DNA from: an uncultured Oscillospiraceae bacterium
GTDB lineage: Bacteria; Bacillota; Clostridia; Oscillospirales; Oscillospiraceae
Direction of reading: 5' to 3'
Assembly: GCA_964538475.1 (NCBI GenBank)
Contig: CAZIGE010000001.1
Location: forward strand, 1,498-65,497
Length of the DNA: 64,000 nucleotides
In this document: piece by piece, positions 12,435 to 22,724 of the stretch
Layout: each line of letters opens with the position of its first letter
Numbering within the stretch: the first letter of the stretch is position 1
Translations under genes and position numbers: made by a program
The notes under the pieces: generated by a model
Told to the model about the DNA's origin: nothing
The model's database searches: none
The model's input: only the letters and a program-made list of their open reading frames with translations

Positions 12435-13883
12435 ATGACATTACAGGAGCTTTTGCAGGACGTGGATGTCCTGGACAGCCATGCAGACCCGAATATGCAG
12501 ATCAGCGGCATCACCGCCGATTCGCGCATGGTGCGCAGGGGGGATATGTTCGTTGCGATCTCCGGCTTCAGCAGCAACGGAAACCGCTATATCCCGATGG
12601 CACTGGAAAAGGGGGCGGCCGTGGTCGTAACGGCGCAGACACCGCAGGAAGATATCCCGTATATCCTGGTCAGATCGGATCGGCGGGCGCTGGCACAGTG
12701 CGCTGCCGCACTGTACGGCCATCCGTCACGGGCGATGACCATGATCGGTATCACGGGAACGAACGGAAAAACGACCGTGACATGGCTCGTAAAGCAAATA
12801 CTGGAACGTGTGGCCGGTGCGCGCGTCGGGCTGATCGGCACGATGGAAAACCATATTGCCGATGTGGTGGAGGAAGCGAGCCGCACGACACCGGAGGGCG
12901 ACGAATTGCAACGCCTCTTTGCACGGATGCGCGATGCGGGTTGCACGCATTGCGTGATGGAGGTATCGTCTCATGCGATCGCGCTGGAACGCGTGGCGGG
13001 CGTACATTTTCAGGTGGCGGCCTTTACCAATCTGACAGAGGATCATCTGGATTTCCACGGCACGATGGAAAACTACTGCCAAGCCAAGACACAGCTGTTC
13101 CGAAACTGCGATAAAGCGGTGCTGAACGCGGACGACGCATGGTTCGACCGCTTTGCGCAGGCGGCCGACTGCCCTGCGCTTTGCTGCTCCGCGGCGAAGA
13201 CGACGGATCTGTATGCAAAAGATATCCGATTGCTGCCCGACGGTGTCACCTTTACGGCGGTCTGCGGCGGCGATGCGGTGCAGGTGCAGGTGCCGATTCC
13301 GGGGAAATTTACGGTGTACAATACGATGACGGCTCTGGGCGTTGCCATGCAGCTGGGGATCGGTCTGCACGAGTCTGCGGCGGCGCTGGCCGATGTGCAG
13401 GGCGTAAAGGGGCGCGTTGAGGTCGTACCGACACCGGGCAGGGACTTTACCGTGCTGATCGATTATGCACATACGCCGGACGGACTGGAAAATGTTTTGT
13501 CGTCCGTTCGGGAGGTATGCAAAGGCAGACTGATCGTCGTGTTCGGCTGCGGTGGTGACCGCGACCCCGTGAAGCGCCCCATTATGGGCAGGATCGGTGT
13601 GGAATTGTCCGACCTTGCGATCATCACCTCCGACAATCCGCGCACGGAATCGCCGATGTCTATTATCGAGCAGATCTGCGCGGGCGCGGAAAAAGCGGCG
13701 GGACGCTACACGGTGATCGAAAATCGCAGAAATGCCATCACTTATGCCATGGACATTGCCGAAAAAGATGATATAATAGTTCTGGCCGGGAAAGGGCACG
13801 AAACGTATCAGGAGATCATGGGCGTAAAGCACCATCTGGATGAACGGGAGGTCGTGGCCGCACACCTGGCGGAAATGAGGTAA
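12435..13883 (+). CDS. murE: UDP-MurNAc-dipeptide:meso-DAP ligase
   Basis: GITGTNGKTT, MEVSSH, FTNLTEDHLDFH, DYAHTPD, GCGGDRD; DNPR indicates DAP specificity. Confidence 0.96.
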   Translation: MTLQELLQDVDVLDSHADPNMQISGITADSRMVRRGDMFVAISGFSSNGNRYIPMALEKGAAVVVTAQTPQEDIPYILVRSDRRALAQCAAALYGHPSRAMTMIGITGTNGKTTVTWLVKQILERVAGARVGLIGTMENHIADVVEEASRTTPEGDELQRLFARMRDAGCTHCVMEVSSHAIALERVAGVHFQVAAFTNLTEDHLDFHGTMENYCQAKTQLFRNCDKAVLNADDAWFDRFAQAADCPALCCSAAKTTDLYAKDIRLLPDGVTFTAVCGGDAVQVQVPIPGKFTVYNTMTALGVAMQLGIGLHESAAALADVQGVKGRVEVVPTPGRDFTVLIDYAHTPDGLENVLSSVREVCKGRLIVVFGCGGDRDPVKRPIMGRIGVELSDLAIITSDNPRTESPMSIIEQICAGAEKAAGRYTVIENRRNAITYAMDIAEKDDIIVLAGKGHETYQEIMGVKHHLDEREVVAAHLAEMR

Positions 13884-13887
13884 CACG

Positions 13888-15249
13888 ATGGGAAAGATCA
13901 CATTGCGTCAGGCGGCACAGTGGTGCGGCGGGCGCATCGATGAAAAATATGCGGACACCGTATTCTGCGGCGCGTCCAACGACACCAGAACGATTCAACC
14001 GGGGCAGCTGTTCGTTGCGCTGAAGGCACTGCGCGACGGACATGATTTCGCACAGGAGGCATTTGCAAAGGGAACAGCCGCCGTGCTTTGCAGCCGTCCG
14101 CTGGGCGATTTTCCGTCCATTCTGGTGAACGATACGCGCATCGCGCTGGGCGATATAGCCCGCGCAGAGCGGCGCAGGCTGGGCATGAAGGTCGTCGGGA
14201 TCACCGGTTCGGTGGGCAAAAGCACGACAAAGGAAATGATCGCCTGCGTTCTGGGCGGCACCTACTGCGTAAGCAAGACACCGGCCAACTACAATAATGA
14301 TATCGGTATGCCGCTGGCGGTTTTGGGTATGCCGGAAAATACGCAGATCGCGGTGCTGGAAATGGGCATGAACCATTTTCGGGAGATCGCCTATCTGACC
14401 GGGATCGCCAGACCGGATGTGGCGGTCATCATCAACATCGGGACCATGCACATCGAGCACCTCGGCTCGCAGGAGGGGATCCTCCGCGCCAAGCTGGAGA
14501 TATTGGAGGGCATGGGGCCTGCGGGGAAGGTGCTGCTCAACGGCGACGACCGCCTGCTCTGGAATTACGGGAAGGAAGCGGCTGTACCGATCACCTATTT
14601 CGGCGCGAGCAACAGAAAGTGTCAGGTGCGGGCGACGGATATTCGGGAAGCGGACGGACGACTGTTCATGACGGTCGAGCATGAAAGCGGCAGCTTTGCC
14701 CTGACGCTTCCGCTGGAAGGGACACATTATATCCCGGACGCGCTCGCGGCGGTCTGCGTGGGACTCAGCATGGGTGTATCCGCGCAGGATATCGCGGACA
14801 GACTGGCGTCGTTTCGAAATATGGAGGGACGGCAGGAAATCTTGCAGGCAAGGGGCTGCACCGTGATCAAGGACTGCTACAACGCAGGGCCTGAGTCCAT
14901 GGCGGCGGCGCTGAGCGTTCTGGGCAATCGCCCGGGGCGGCATATCGCGGTGTTGGGCGATATGCTGGAGCTCGGCACGAGCACGCAGGCAGAGCATTAC
15001 CGCGTCGGGCGTATCGCGGCAGAGAAAGCGCAGATCGTGCTGGCCTACGGCCCGAATGCGGACAGAGTAGTCAGCGGCGCGATGACGGGCGGCATGAGCG
15101 CCTCGGCCGCACGCGCATTTACGGATCGGGAACAGCTGGCAATGGAACTGAAACGCCTGAGCCGCCCCGGAGACGTGATCCTGTTCAAGGGAAGCCACGG
15201 CATGAAGATGGAGCTGGTCTTGGATCAGTTTCTGAAAGAAGACAGATAA
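13888..15249 (+). CDS. murF: UDP-MurNAc-tripeptide:D-Ala-D-Ala ligase
   Basis: GITGSVGKSTTKEM, NNDIGMP, LEMGM, DCYNAGPESM, LGDMLELG, KGSHG. Confidence 0.96.
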   Translation: MGKITLRQAAQWCGGRIDEKYADTVFCGASNDTRTIQPGQLFVALKALRDGHDFAQEAFAKGTAAVLCSRPLGDFPSILVNDTRIALGDIARAERRRLGMKVVGITGSVGKSTTKEMIACVLGGTYCVSKTPANYNNDIGMPLAVLGMPENTQIAVLEMGMNHFREIAYLTGIARPDVAVIINIGTMHIEHLGSQEGILRAKLEILEGMGPAGKVLLNGDDRLLWNYGKEAAVPITYFGASNRKCQVRATDIREADGRLFMTVEHESGSFALTLPLEGTHYIPDALAAVCVGLSMGVSAQDIADRLASFRNMEGRQEILQARGCTVIKDCYNAGPESMAAALSVLGNRPGRHIAVLGDMLELGTSTQAEHYRVGRIAAEKAQIVLAYGPNADRVVSGAMTGGMSASAARAFTDREQLAMELKRLSRPGDVILFKGSHGMKMELVLDQFLKEDR

Positions 15250-15263
15250 TCGGAGGAATACCC

Positions 15264-16238
15264 ATGAAGACTATTTTGATCACGGCGCTGGTATCATGCG
15301 CACTGTCCGGCGGGATCGGCTATTTTCTGATCCCCGCGCTTCGCGCCATGAAGGCAGGACAATCCATTCGGGAGGTCGGCCCGACCTGGCACAATAACAA
15401 GGCGGGAACGCCGATGATGGGCGGCATCATGTTTATCGCGGCGGCGACGCTGTGTCTGCTGTTCCATATCCCGTCGATGGAGGATCATGCCGTGCTGTAT
15501 GTGCTGATCCTGGCGCTCTGCTTCGGTCTGATCGGGTTTCTGGACGATTTTACCAAAATGAAATTCAAACGAAATCTGGGGTTGACCTCGTTGCAGAAAA
15601 TGCTGCTGCAAATGGCGGTATCGGCGGTATATCTGTATCTGCTGTACAGCAAGGGCGTGATGACGTGCGATATTTATGTTCCGTTTGTGAATGTGACATT
15701 TTATCTGCACCCGATCGTGTACATTTTCTTTGCGATGTTCGTCATGGTCGGAACGGTCAACTCCGTTAACCTGACCGACGGCGTTGACGGTCTGTCTTCT
15801 TCCGTGACGATCCCCGTGATGGTATTTTTCACGGCGGCCGCCGTGGCTATGGGAAAGATCGATCTTGCCCTGCTGCCCGCGTGCCTGGTCGGCGGACTGC
15901 TTGCGTATCTGTGCTATAACTGGCACCCTGCCAAGGTGTTCATGGGGGATACCGGCTCACTGTTTCTGGGCGGTGTGGTCTGCGGACTGGCATTTGCACT
16001 GGACATGCCGCTGATCCTGATCGCGGTCGGCTTTGTGTACATTTGCGAGACGCTGTCGGTCATCATTCAGGTGACATATTTCAAGGCGACGCACGGAAAA
16101 CGGATTTTCAAAATGTCGCCCATTCATCATCATTTTGAACTGTGCGGCTGGAAAGAGGAAAAGATCGTGATCGTTTTTGCCTCTGTCAGCGCGGTCATGT
16201 GTGTGCTGGCCTGGTTCGGCATCGCCGGGCGTATTTGA
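15264..16238 (+). CDS. mraY: Phospho-MurNAc-pentapeptide transferase
   Basis: KAGTPMMGG, FLDD, VNLTDGVDGL, VFMGDTGS, PIHHHFE. Confidence 0.97.
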   Translation: MKTILITALVSCALSGGIGYFLIPALRAMKAGQSIREVGPTWHNNKAGTPMMGGIMFIAAATLCLLFHIPSMEDHAVLYVLILALCFGLIGFLDDFTKMKFKRNLGLTSLQKMLLQMAVSAVYLYLLYSKGVMTCDIYVPFVNVTFYLHPIVYIFFAMFVMVGTVNSVNLTDGVDGLSSSVTIPVMVFFTAAAVAMGKIDLALLPACLVGGLLAYLCYNWHPAKVFMGDTGSLFLGGVVCGLAFALDMPLILIAVGFVYICETLSVIIQVTYFKATHGKRIFKMSPIHHHFELCGWKEEKIVIVFASVSAVMCVLAWFGIAGRI

Positions 16239-16253
16239 GGAAAGGAGCGCCTT

Positions 16254-17426
16254 ATGGCAGCAGAGCGGACTCTGTATGCCAAAGAGGAACATCGGCGCGG
16301 AGCTTCCGCGCCGAAGACAGGGATCGATATCCCGTTTTTATGCCTGATCCTGCTGCTTTTGACGGTGGGACTGATCGTATTGTACTCGGCAAGCTACGCG
16401 CAAAGCGAATTTGACACCGGTTACGCCGACTCTACCCGCTACCTGAAAAAGCAGGCGCTGTGCGCGGCAGTGGGGCTTGTGGCGATGTATCTGTGCAGCC
16501 GCGCACCGACACAGCTGTGGAGCAGGCTGGCGTGGCCGATCTACTGGCTGAGCATCGTATTGCTGCTGCTGGTTCTGGTGGCGGGGGAGACGGTCAACGG
16601 CGCGAAGCGCTGGATCAACCTCGCGGGAATTCGGTTTCAGCCGTCGGAGGTCGCCAAATTTTCCATGATCGTCCTGCTGGCCGGATTGACAAGAAGCTAC
16701 GGCGGTGATGCGAAAAAATTCCGTTACGGTGTGATGGGGTTCGGCGCAGCCATGCTGGGCATTCTGATACCGCTGGCACTGGAGCGGCATCTGTCCGCGA
16801 TACTGCTGATGGGCATGGTCGGCGTTGCGATGATGTTCGTGGCGGGAACGAGCATGCGCTGGCTGGCGGTCGGTGCGGCCGGAGCGGGCGTATTCGTGCT
16901 GGTGTATATCAGCTTTATGGGGTATGCGGGCGACCGCGTCACCGCGTGGCTGCACCCGGAGCTTGACCCTGCCGACACGGGCTATCAGATCCTGCAATCG
17001 CTGTATGCCATAGGCTCGGGCGGTGTATTCGGATTCGGACTCGGAAAAAGCAGGCAGAAGTACCTGTATCTGCCGTTTCAACATAATGACTATATTTTCG
17101 CCATTGTCTGCGAGGAGCTGGGGCTGCTGGGCGCATTGGGGATCATCGTGCTGTTTTCCATGGTGATCCTCCGGGGCTACTGGATCGCGCTGCACGCGCG
17201 GGATCGTTTTTCGACGGTCCTGGCGGCCGGGCTGATCTCACTCATTGCGGTGCAGATGGTGCTGAATTTATGCGTCGTGACCAATCTGCTTCCCTCGACG
17301 GGGATCGCGCTGCCGTTTTTCTCCTACGGGGGGACGGCACTTGCAATGAATCTTGCGGAAATGGGCGTGGTCATGCGCATTTCCAGAGACAGAGATCAAC
17401 CAAAGCGACAGGAGGTTTCCTTATGA
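16254..17426 (+). CDS. ftsW: SEDS peptidoglycan polymerase (FtsW/SpoVE)
   Basis: GAKRWI, QPSEVAK, GYQILQSLYAIGSGG, NDYIF, TGIALPFFSYGGT. Confidence 0.9.
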   Translation: MAAERTLYAKEEHRRGASAPKTGIDIPFLCLILLLLTVGLIVLYSASYAQSEFDTGYADSTRYLKKQALCAAVGLVAMYLCSRAPTQLWSRLAWPIYWLSIVLLLLVLVAGETVNGAKRWINLAGIRFQPSEVAKFSMIVLLAGLTRSYGGDAKKFRYGVMGFGAAMLGILIPLALERHLSAILLMGMVGVAMMFVAGTSMRWLAVGAAGAGVFVLVYISFMGYAGDRVTAWLHPELDPADTGYQILQSLYAIGSGGVFGFGLGKSRQKYLYLPFQHNDYIFAIVCEELGLLGALGIIVLFSMVILRGYWIALHARDRFSTVLAAGLISLIAVQMVLNLCVVTNLLPSTGIALPFFSYGGTALAMNLAEMGVVMRISRDRDQPKRQEVSL

Positions 17427-18556
17427 ATGTGATCTTTACCTGCGGCGGCACGGGCGGCCATATCAATCCCGCCATTGCCGTTGCCAATTTGCTGAAAGAA
17501 CGACATCCCGACTGTAATATCCTCTTTATCGGCGCAAAAGGCCATATGGAGGAAAAGCTGGTACCGCAGGCGGGGTATGCGCTGAAATGTCTGCCCGGCT
17601 CGGGGCTTTCCAGAAAGCTGAACTGGGCAGGGATTCGAAATAATGCAAAGGCGGTGCGCAATGTGCTGTCCGCCGTGGGAGAATGCAAGAAGATCATTCG
17701 GGATTTTCAGCCCGATGTGATCATCGGCACGGGCGGCTATGCCAGTTTCCCCGCACTCTACGCGGGAAGCCTTCTGAAGATCCCCACCTGCGTACACGAG
17801 AGCAATGCCGTCCCCGGCCTGACCACCAAGATGGCCGCGAACCGCGCCGACCGCGTGCTGGTTTCCTTTGAAGAGAGTGTTCCGTACTACCGCGATCGGG
17901 AAAAGGTCGAGGTCGTCGGGATGCCCGTGCGCAAGGAATTCATCCTTACGGAAAAAGAAGCCGCAAAACGACAGCTCGGGCTGGACGAACGCCCGGTGGT
18001 TGTGTCGGCCTTCGGGAGCCTCGGCGCGCGGCAGATGAATTTCGCGGTGGCGGATATGTTCTGCCTGGAGCAGGGGGATGGCTATCCGTTTCAGCATATC
18101 CATGCAACGGGATCGTTCGGCTGGGAGTGGATGCCGCAGCACGTGGCCTCGCTCGGCGTGACGCTCGATGCGAACGCGAGCATCGATATGCGCGAGTATA
18201 TCTATAATATGCCGACCGTTATGGCGGCAGCCGACGTGATCATCAGCCGCGCGGGCGCTTCGACCTGCAATGAGATCGGCGCGTCCGGGACGCCGTGCAT
18301 TTTGATCCCGTCGCCGAACGTGACGAATAATCATCAGGAGAAGAATGCCCGTATTCTGGAGTCGCACGGCGCGGCACTTGTGTTTACGGAAGAACAGTGC
18401 AGCGGACAGACGCTGTACAACGCCGTTTCTCAGCTGCTTTCGGATCACGAACGTCGGAAAACCATGTCGTGTGCGGTACGGGAGATGGTCGTACTGGACT
18501 CCGCGGAGCGCATCTGCGATCTGCTGGAAAGTCTGTGCACGCGGAAAGACGGCTGA
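17423..18556 (+). CDS. murG: Lipid II GlcNAc transferase
   Basis: GGTGGHINP, GTGGYAS, HESN, SRAGAST, HQEKNA; start after GGAGG RBS. Confidence 0.96.
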   Translation: MNVIFTCGGTGGHINPAIAVANLLKERHPDCNILFIGAKGHMEEKLVPQAGYALKCLPGSGLSRKLNWAGIRNNAKAVRNVLSAVGECKKIIRDFQPDVIIGTGGYASFPALYAGSLLKIPTCVHESNAVPGLTTKMAANRADRVLVSFEESVPYYRDREKVEVVGMPVRKEFILTEKEAAKRQLGLDERPVVVSAFGSLGARQMNFAVADMFCLEQGDGYPFQHIHATGSFGWEWMPQHVASLGVTLDANASIDMREYIYNMPTVMAAADVIISRAGASTCNEIGASGTPCILIPSPNVTNNHQEKNARILESHGAALVFTEEQCSGQTLYNAVSQLLSDHERRKTMSCAVREMVVLDSAERICDLLESLCTRKDG

Positions 18557-18565
18557 GGAGGGCGT

Positions 18566-19417
18566 ATGGGAAAGAACGATCAGACCGGAAATCCCGCCCG
18601 CCGGAACAGTCCGTCGCCCCGCCACAGCGGGAGCTTTCAGAAACGAAGACTGTATTTACAGCTTTTAACGGTTTTTGCGATCGTGCTGGCTTTCTGCCTG
18701 GGTATTTCCGTGTTTTTCCGCGTCGATACCATCACGGTCAGCGGCGCGCAGCGCTACAGCGCGTGGACGGTGGCGGAGGCCTCGGGCATTCGGGAGGGGG
18801 ATAATCTTCTGTTTTTCGGGCGTGCCGGGGCAATGGTAAAGATCAGACAGGCGCTGCCGTATGTCAGACAAGTCCGCGTCGGAATAATTTTGCCGGGAAC
18901 GGTCAATATAGTCATTGAAGAAGCCGAGGTGGCATATGCCATCAAAGATCATGACGGCGCCCGCTGGCTCATCACTTCGGACGGGATCGTAACGGAACAG
19001 GTCAATGCGGCATCCGCAGGCGGCTGCACTGCCATCGAGGGTGTCACGCTGGATGCGCCGCAGGTCGGACAGAAGGCCGTCGCGTGGGAGGAAACGCCGC
19101 AGACCGACGCATCGGGCATGTATGAAACTACGGCATTGAAGAACGCGGATCGGTTGGAGGCTGCCTTGCAGATCGCACAGGCACTGGAAGAAAACGAGGT
19201 GCTGGGAGAAGCGGCATCGATCCATGTCGAGTCGATGCAGCAGCTGCTGGTATGGTACGGCGATCGTTTTCAGGTTACGCTGGGCGACAACACGCAGCTG
19301 CGCGAAAAGATCGCCGCCATGTGTGCGGCCGTCGATAAGATGGGACAGTTCCAGACGGGCAAGCTGGAAGTGCTGCAAACGGACGGAAAGTGGCAGGTCA
19401 TATATCGGCAAACTTGA
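18566..19417 (+). CDS. FtsQ/DivIB-type POTRA domain protein
   Basis: Single TM, then FFRVDTITVSG...LPYV...LPGTVNIVIEE POTRA signature; between murG and ftsZ. Confidence 0.8.
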   Translation: MGKNDQTGNPARRNSPSPRHSGSFQKRRLYLQLLTVFAIVLAFCLGISVFFRVDTITVSGAQRYSAWTVAEASGIREGDNLLFFGRAGAMVKIRQALPYVRQVRVGIILPGTVNIVIEEAEVAYAIKDHDGARWLITSDGIVTEQVNAASAGGCTAIEGVTLDAPQVGQKAVAWEETPQTDASGMYETTALKNADRLEAALQIAQALEENEVLGEAASIHVESMQQLLVWYGDRFQVTLGDNTQLREKIAAMCAAVDKMGQFQTGKLEVLQTDGKWQVIYRQT

Positions 19418-19455
19418 TTTTATAAAAAACTTTGCCGAAATATAAGAATTGCCTA

Positions 19456-19484
19456 TTGACCAAATGGATTTTTCAAGCTAAAAT
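19456..19484 (+). promoter_or_regulatory. SigA promoter of ftsZ
   Basis: TTGACC-N17-TAAAAT. Confidence 0.6.
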
Positions 19485-19556
19485 AGATGCGTAATTCGTA
19501 AATTGGCAGTAGTGTATGACACGGACTGCGCATGCATACATAGGAGGAGAAGCAAA

Positions 19557-20600
19557 ATGTCTGATTACTTTCAGGATCGCGTTGTAAAAATCAAGGTCAT
19601 CGGTGTCGGCGGTGCCGGCAACAATGTCATTAACAGAATGATCGAGTCCGGCGTGGACGGCGTGGATTTTGTCGTTGTCAACACCGATAAGCAGGATCTG
19701 AATAAATCCATCTGCAAGAATAAGATCCAGATCGGCGAGAAGCTGACCGGCGGCATGGGCGCAGGCTCCAAGCCCGAGATCGGCAAGAAGTCCGCAGAGG
19801 AATCCCGTGCGGCGATCTCCAAGGTTCTGGAAGGCGTGGACATGGTGTTTATCACGGCCGGTATGGGCGGCGGTACGGGCACCGGCGCGGCTCCCATCGT
19901 GGCGGATCTTGCGCACGAGGCGGGCATTCTGACCGTTGGCGTTGTCACCAAGCCCTTCAAGTTTGAGGGCGCAAATCGTATGCGTCAGGCCGAGGCGGGC
20001 ATCGCTGCGCTGCATGACAAGGTCGATTCGCTGGTCGTGATCCCCAATGATCGCCTGAAATATGTCACCGATCAGAAGATCACCTTTGCAAACGCGTTCG
20101 GCATCGCGGATGATGTGCTGAAGCAGGCTGTGACCTCTATTTCCGAGCTGGTCGGTTTCTCCGATCGGGTCATCATCAACTTGGACTTTGCCGACGTTTC
20201 CGCAGTCATGAAGGACGCGGGACGCGCGCATATGGGCGTGGGTGTTGCCTCCGGCCGCGAGAAGGCAGAGCAGGCTGCGCTTGCCGCCATTTCCAGCCCG
20301 CTGCTGGAGACGGCTATCACGGGCGCAACGGGCGTTCTGGTCAACGTGACCGGCTCGTCCGAGCTGACGCTGGACGATGTGGAGACGGCTGCCGGGATCG
20401 TGCAGGAAAATGCCAACCCCGATGCCAATATCATCTTCGGTGCAACGTCGTCCGACGAATTCGAAGATCAGATGCGCGTGACCGTCATCGCCACCGGCTT
20501 CGAAAAGAAGCCCGAGGAAGCGGCAAAGCCCGCGCCGGGCGCGCCCAAGGCCGCCAATGTGAACGACGTGGATGAGATCTTCAATCTGTTCCGTCGCTGA
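19557..20600 (+). CDS. ftsZ: Cell division protein FtsZ
   Basis: VIGVGGAGNN, NTD, GMGGGTGTG, NLDFADV, TVIATGF; AGGAGG RBS. Confidence 0.98.
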   Translation: MSDYFQDRVVKIKVIGVGGAGNNVINRMIESGVDGVDFVVVNTDKQDLNKSICKNKIQIGEKLTGGMGAGSKPEIGKKSAEESRAAISKVLEGVDMVFITAGMGGGTGTGAAPIVADLAHEAGILTVGVVTKPFKFEGANRMRQAEAGIAALHDKVDSLVVIPNDRLKYVTDQKITFANAFGIADDVLKQAVTSISELVGFSDRVIINLDFADVSAVMKDAGRAHMGVGVASGREKAEQAALAAISSPLLETAITGATGVLVNVTGSSELTLDDVETAAGIVQENANPDANIIFGATSSDEFEDQMRVTVIATGFEKKPEEAAKPAPGAPKAANVNDVDEIFNLFRR

Positions 20601-20614
20601 GTATGTGAAACCAG

Positions 20615-20647
20615 AACACCCCGGGCAGAAAATGTCCGGGGTGTTTC
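20615..20647 (+). terminator. Stem-loop after ftsZ
   Basis: AACACCCCGGGCA/TGTCCGGGGTGTT stem with short T tail. Confidence 0.6.
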
Positions 20648-20668
20648 CTGTATCGGAGGAAGTATTCC

Positions 20669-21430
20669 ATGAACGCTTATCATGAGCTTGCCGAATGCTA
20701 TGACCGCCTGACCAATGATGTGGACTACGGCGCGGTCGTGGATTTTTATCGTGCCCTTTTGCAAAGAGCTGAAGTATATCCCCGCACCTGTGTGGATCTG
20801 GCCTGCGGCACAGGGTCGATCTCGCTGCTGCTGGCGCAAATGGGTATGCAGGTCACGGCTGTCGATCTGTCGGAGGAAATGCTGACCGTTGCGTCGCAAA
20901 AGGCGCAGGAGGCAGGCGTTTGCGTGCAGTTTGTGTGCCAGAGCCTGCAGCGGCTGCACCTGCCGCGAGGGGTCGATCTGGCCGTCTGCGCGCTGGACAG
21001 TCTGGACTATATCACGGATCCGAACGATTGCCGGGAGGCTGTTCGGCGCATTTACCGCGCGCTGAACCCGGGCGGCGTGTTTATTTTTGACGTGAATACG
21101 CCGCAGAAGCTGCGCGCTATGGACGGGCAGGTCTTTCTGGACGAGGATGAGGACGTTTACTGCGTCTGGCGGGGCGAATTTGACGAGCAGACCAATATCT
21201 GCTCGTATGGCATGGACCTGTTTCGGCGCGTGGGCGCGCTGTGGCAGCGTTCGTTTGAAGAGCATCGGGAGTATGCTTACGACCGGGCGCAGCTGACGCA
21301 TTACCTGAAAGATGCGGGCTTCACGCATATCGAGGCCTTTGCGGACAGAAAGCTCTCCCCGCCGCGCTGCACGGAACAGCGGATCTATTTCATGGCGAGG
21401 AAGGGACAAATCGGGCGCTTCACCGGGTAA
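20669..21430 (+). CDS. Class I SAM-dependent methyltransferase
   Basis: VDLACGTG, VDLSEEML, DSLDY, LNPGGVFIFDVNT. Confidence 0.88.
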   Translation: MNAYHELAECYDRLTNDVDYGAVVDFYRALLQRAEVYPRTCVDLACGTGSISLLLAQMGMQVTAVDLSEEMLTVASQKAQEAGVCVQFVCQSLQRLHLPRGVDLAVCALDSLDYITDPNDCREAVRRIYRALNPGGVFIFDVNTPQKLRAMDGQVFLDEDEDVYCVWRGEFDEQTNICSYGMDLFRRVGALWQRSFEEHREYAYDRAQLTHYLKDAGFTHIEAFADRKLSPPRCTEQRIYFMARKGQIGRFTG

Positions 21431-21526
21431 ATGGGACTTGCCGATGCCGTCTGCGCGCAATATGAACAAAACATATGCAATACTTTTGTCGAAAACGGAA
21501 AAAGTTATGACCGTGAGAGATCTTTC

Positions 21527-21555
21527 TTGACAAGTTGGGACACACATCCTATAAT
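21527..21555 (+). promoter_or_regulatory. Consensus SigA promoter of LacI-1/LacI-2
   Basis: TTGACA-N17-TATAAT, perfect. Confidence 0.85.
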
Positions 21556-21556
21556 T

Positions 21557-21584
21557 AAGGCATGGAAAACGCTTTCCATGCCTT
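21557..21584. promoter_or_regulatory. LacI-type operator palindrome over the transcription start
   Basis: AAGGCATGGAAA-ACGC-TTTCCATGCCTT, 12-bp arms around a central CG. Confidence 0.7.
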
Positions 21585-21628
21585 TTCCAATGCGTGGATG
21601 CAGCTGATTTGATAAAACCGGAGGAAGA

Positions 21629-22711
21629 ATGGACGATTTCAATCGTGTAAAACTGAAGGATATCGCAGACAGGTTGCAGATATCTCCGGGTACTGTGAGC
21701 AAGGCGCTGTCGGGGAAAAAGGGGATCAGTGATTCGCTTCGCGAACAGATCAGTGCTGCTGCACAGGAAATGGGATACCATGTGAATCGAACGGCGCAGT
21801 GCCTTGCACGCAAAACGATACGGATCGGGATCACATATCCGGCTGCCTGGGAGCAATATTACAGCCAGGTCATTCGGGGAATGAGAGCAGCTCTGAATTC
21901 GCTGCGGGATTTCAACGCGGTGGGGCTGTTTGTGCCGTTTACAGACATTTATGCGCTGGAGGATCTTTCTGCTGTTTTGCATGATTTTTTGCGACAGGAT
22001 GTGGATGCCGTCATTTTGTGTCCCGGTGCGATCACAGACTGTGATACATATCTGCTAGAACTGAAAGAAAAGAACATTCCCGTATTTCTTGTGGGAAATG
22101 ACTTTTCCGCAGAACTTCGAACGGCATGCATTCGTGTGAATGCAACGCTGGCGGGAATGCTCGCAGGCGAGTTTATGAATTATTTAACGCCGCCCGGGGC
22201 GGGCCTGCTGACCTTCCTCGGTGACAGAAGCATTCTGGAGCATGCAGAGAAGATGACGGGCTTTCAAAATGAGCTGGAAGATGGCAGACATCTGCTGGCC
22301 TGCTTTGAAACGCGTGATGATCCCGAACGGGCAAGAATGCTGCTTAAACAGGCGATCCGTGCGTTTCCCGATGTCCGGGGTATTTATGTGGCAACCGGCA
22401 ACTCGCTTCCGATCTGTGACGCACTGCGGGAATGCGAGGGAACGGAGCATATTAAGCTGATCGTGACGGATCTGTTTGACGAAATGATCCCATATGTTCA
22501 AAATCGCCGCATATGTGCTGCGATTTTTCAGGAACCGGAAATGCAGGGGCAGCAGGCGGTGCTGCAGTGCTACGATTATTTGACAAAGCGCAGGCTTTCC
22601 GGCGATTGCCTGATCGAGCCGTCTGTTTTGCTGCGAAACGCGATTCTCCGACAGCTTCATTTGAATGGAACGCGGACTGTTTCACAGCAGAAGCGGACAA
22701 CGCAGATATAG
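21629..22711 (+). CDS. LacI family transcriptional regulator (LacI-1)
   Basis: LKDIADRLQISPGTVSKAL HTH, MGYHVN hinge, sugar-binding domain. Confidence 0.92.
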   Translation: MDDFNRVKLKDIADRLQISPGTVSKALSGKKGISDSLREQISAAAQEMGYHVNRTAQCLARKTIRIGITYPAAWEQYYSQVIRGMRAALNSLRDFNAVGLFVPFTDIYALEDLSAVLHDFLRQDVDAVILCPGAITDCDTYLLELKEKNIPVFLVGNDFSAELRTACIRVNATLAGMLAGEFMNYLTPPGAGLLTFLGDRSILEHAEKMTGFQNELEDGRHLLACFETRDDPERARMLLKQAIRAFPDVRGIYVATGNSLPICDALRECEGTEHIKLIVTDLFDEMIPYVQNRRICAAIFQEPEMQGQQAVLQCYDYLTKRRLSGDCLIEPSVLLRNAILRQLHLNGTRTVSQQKRTTQI

Positions 22712-22724
22712 TTTGAGGTGTGGC

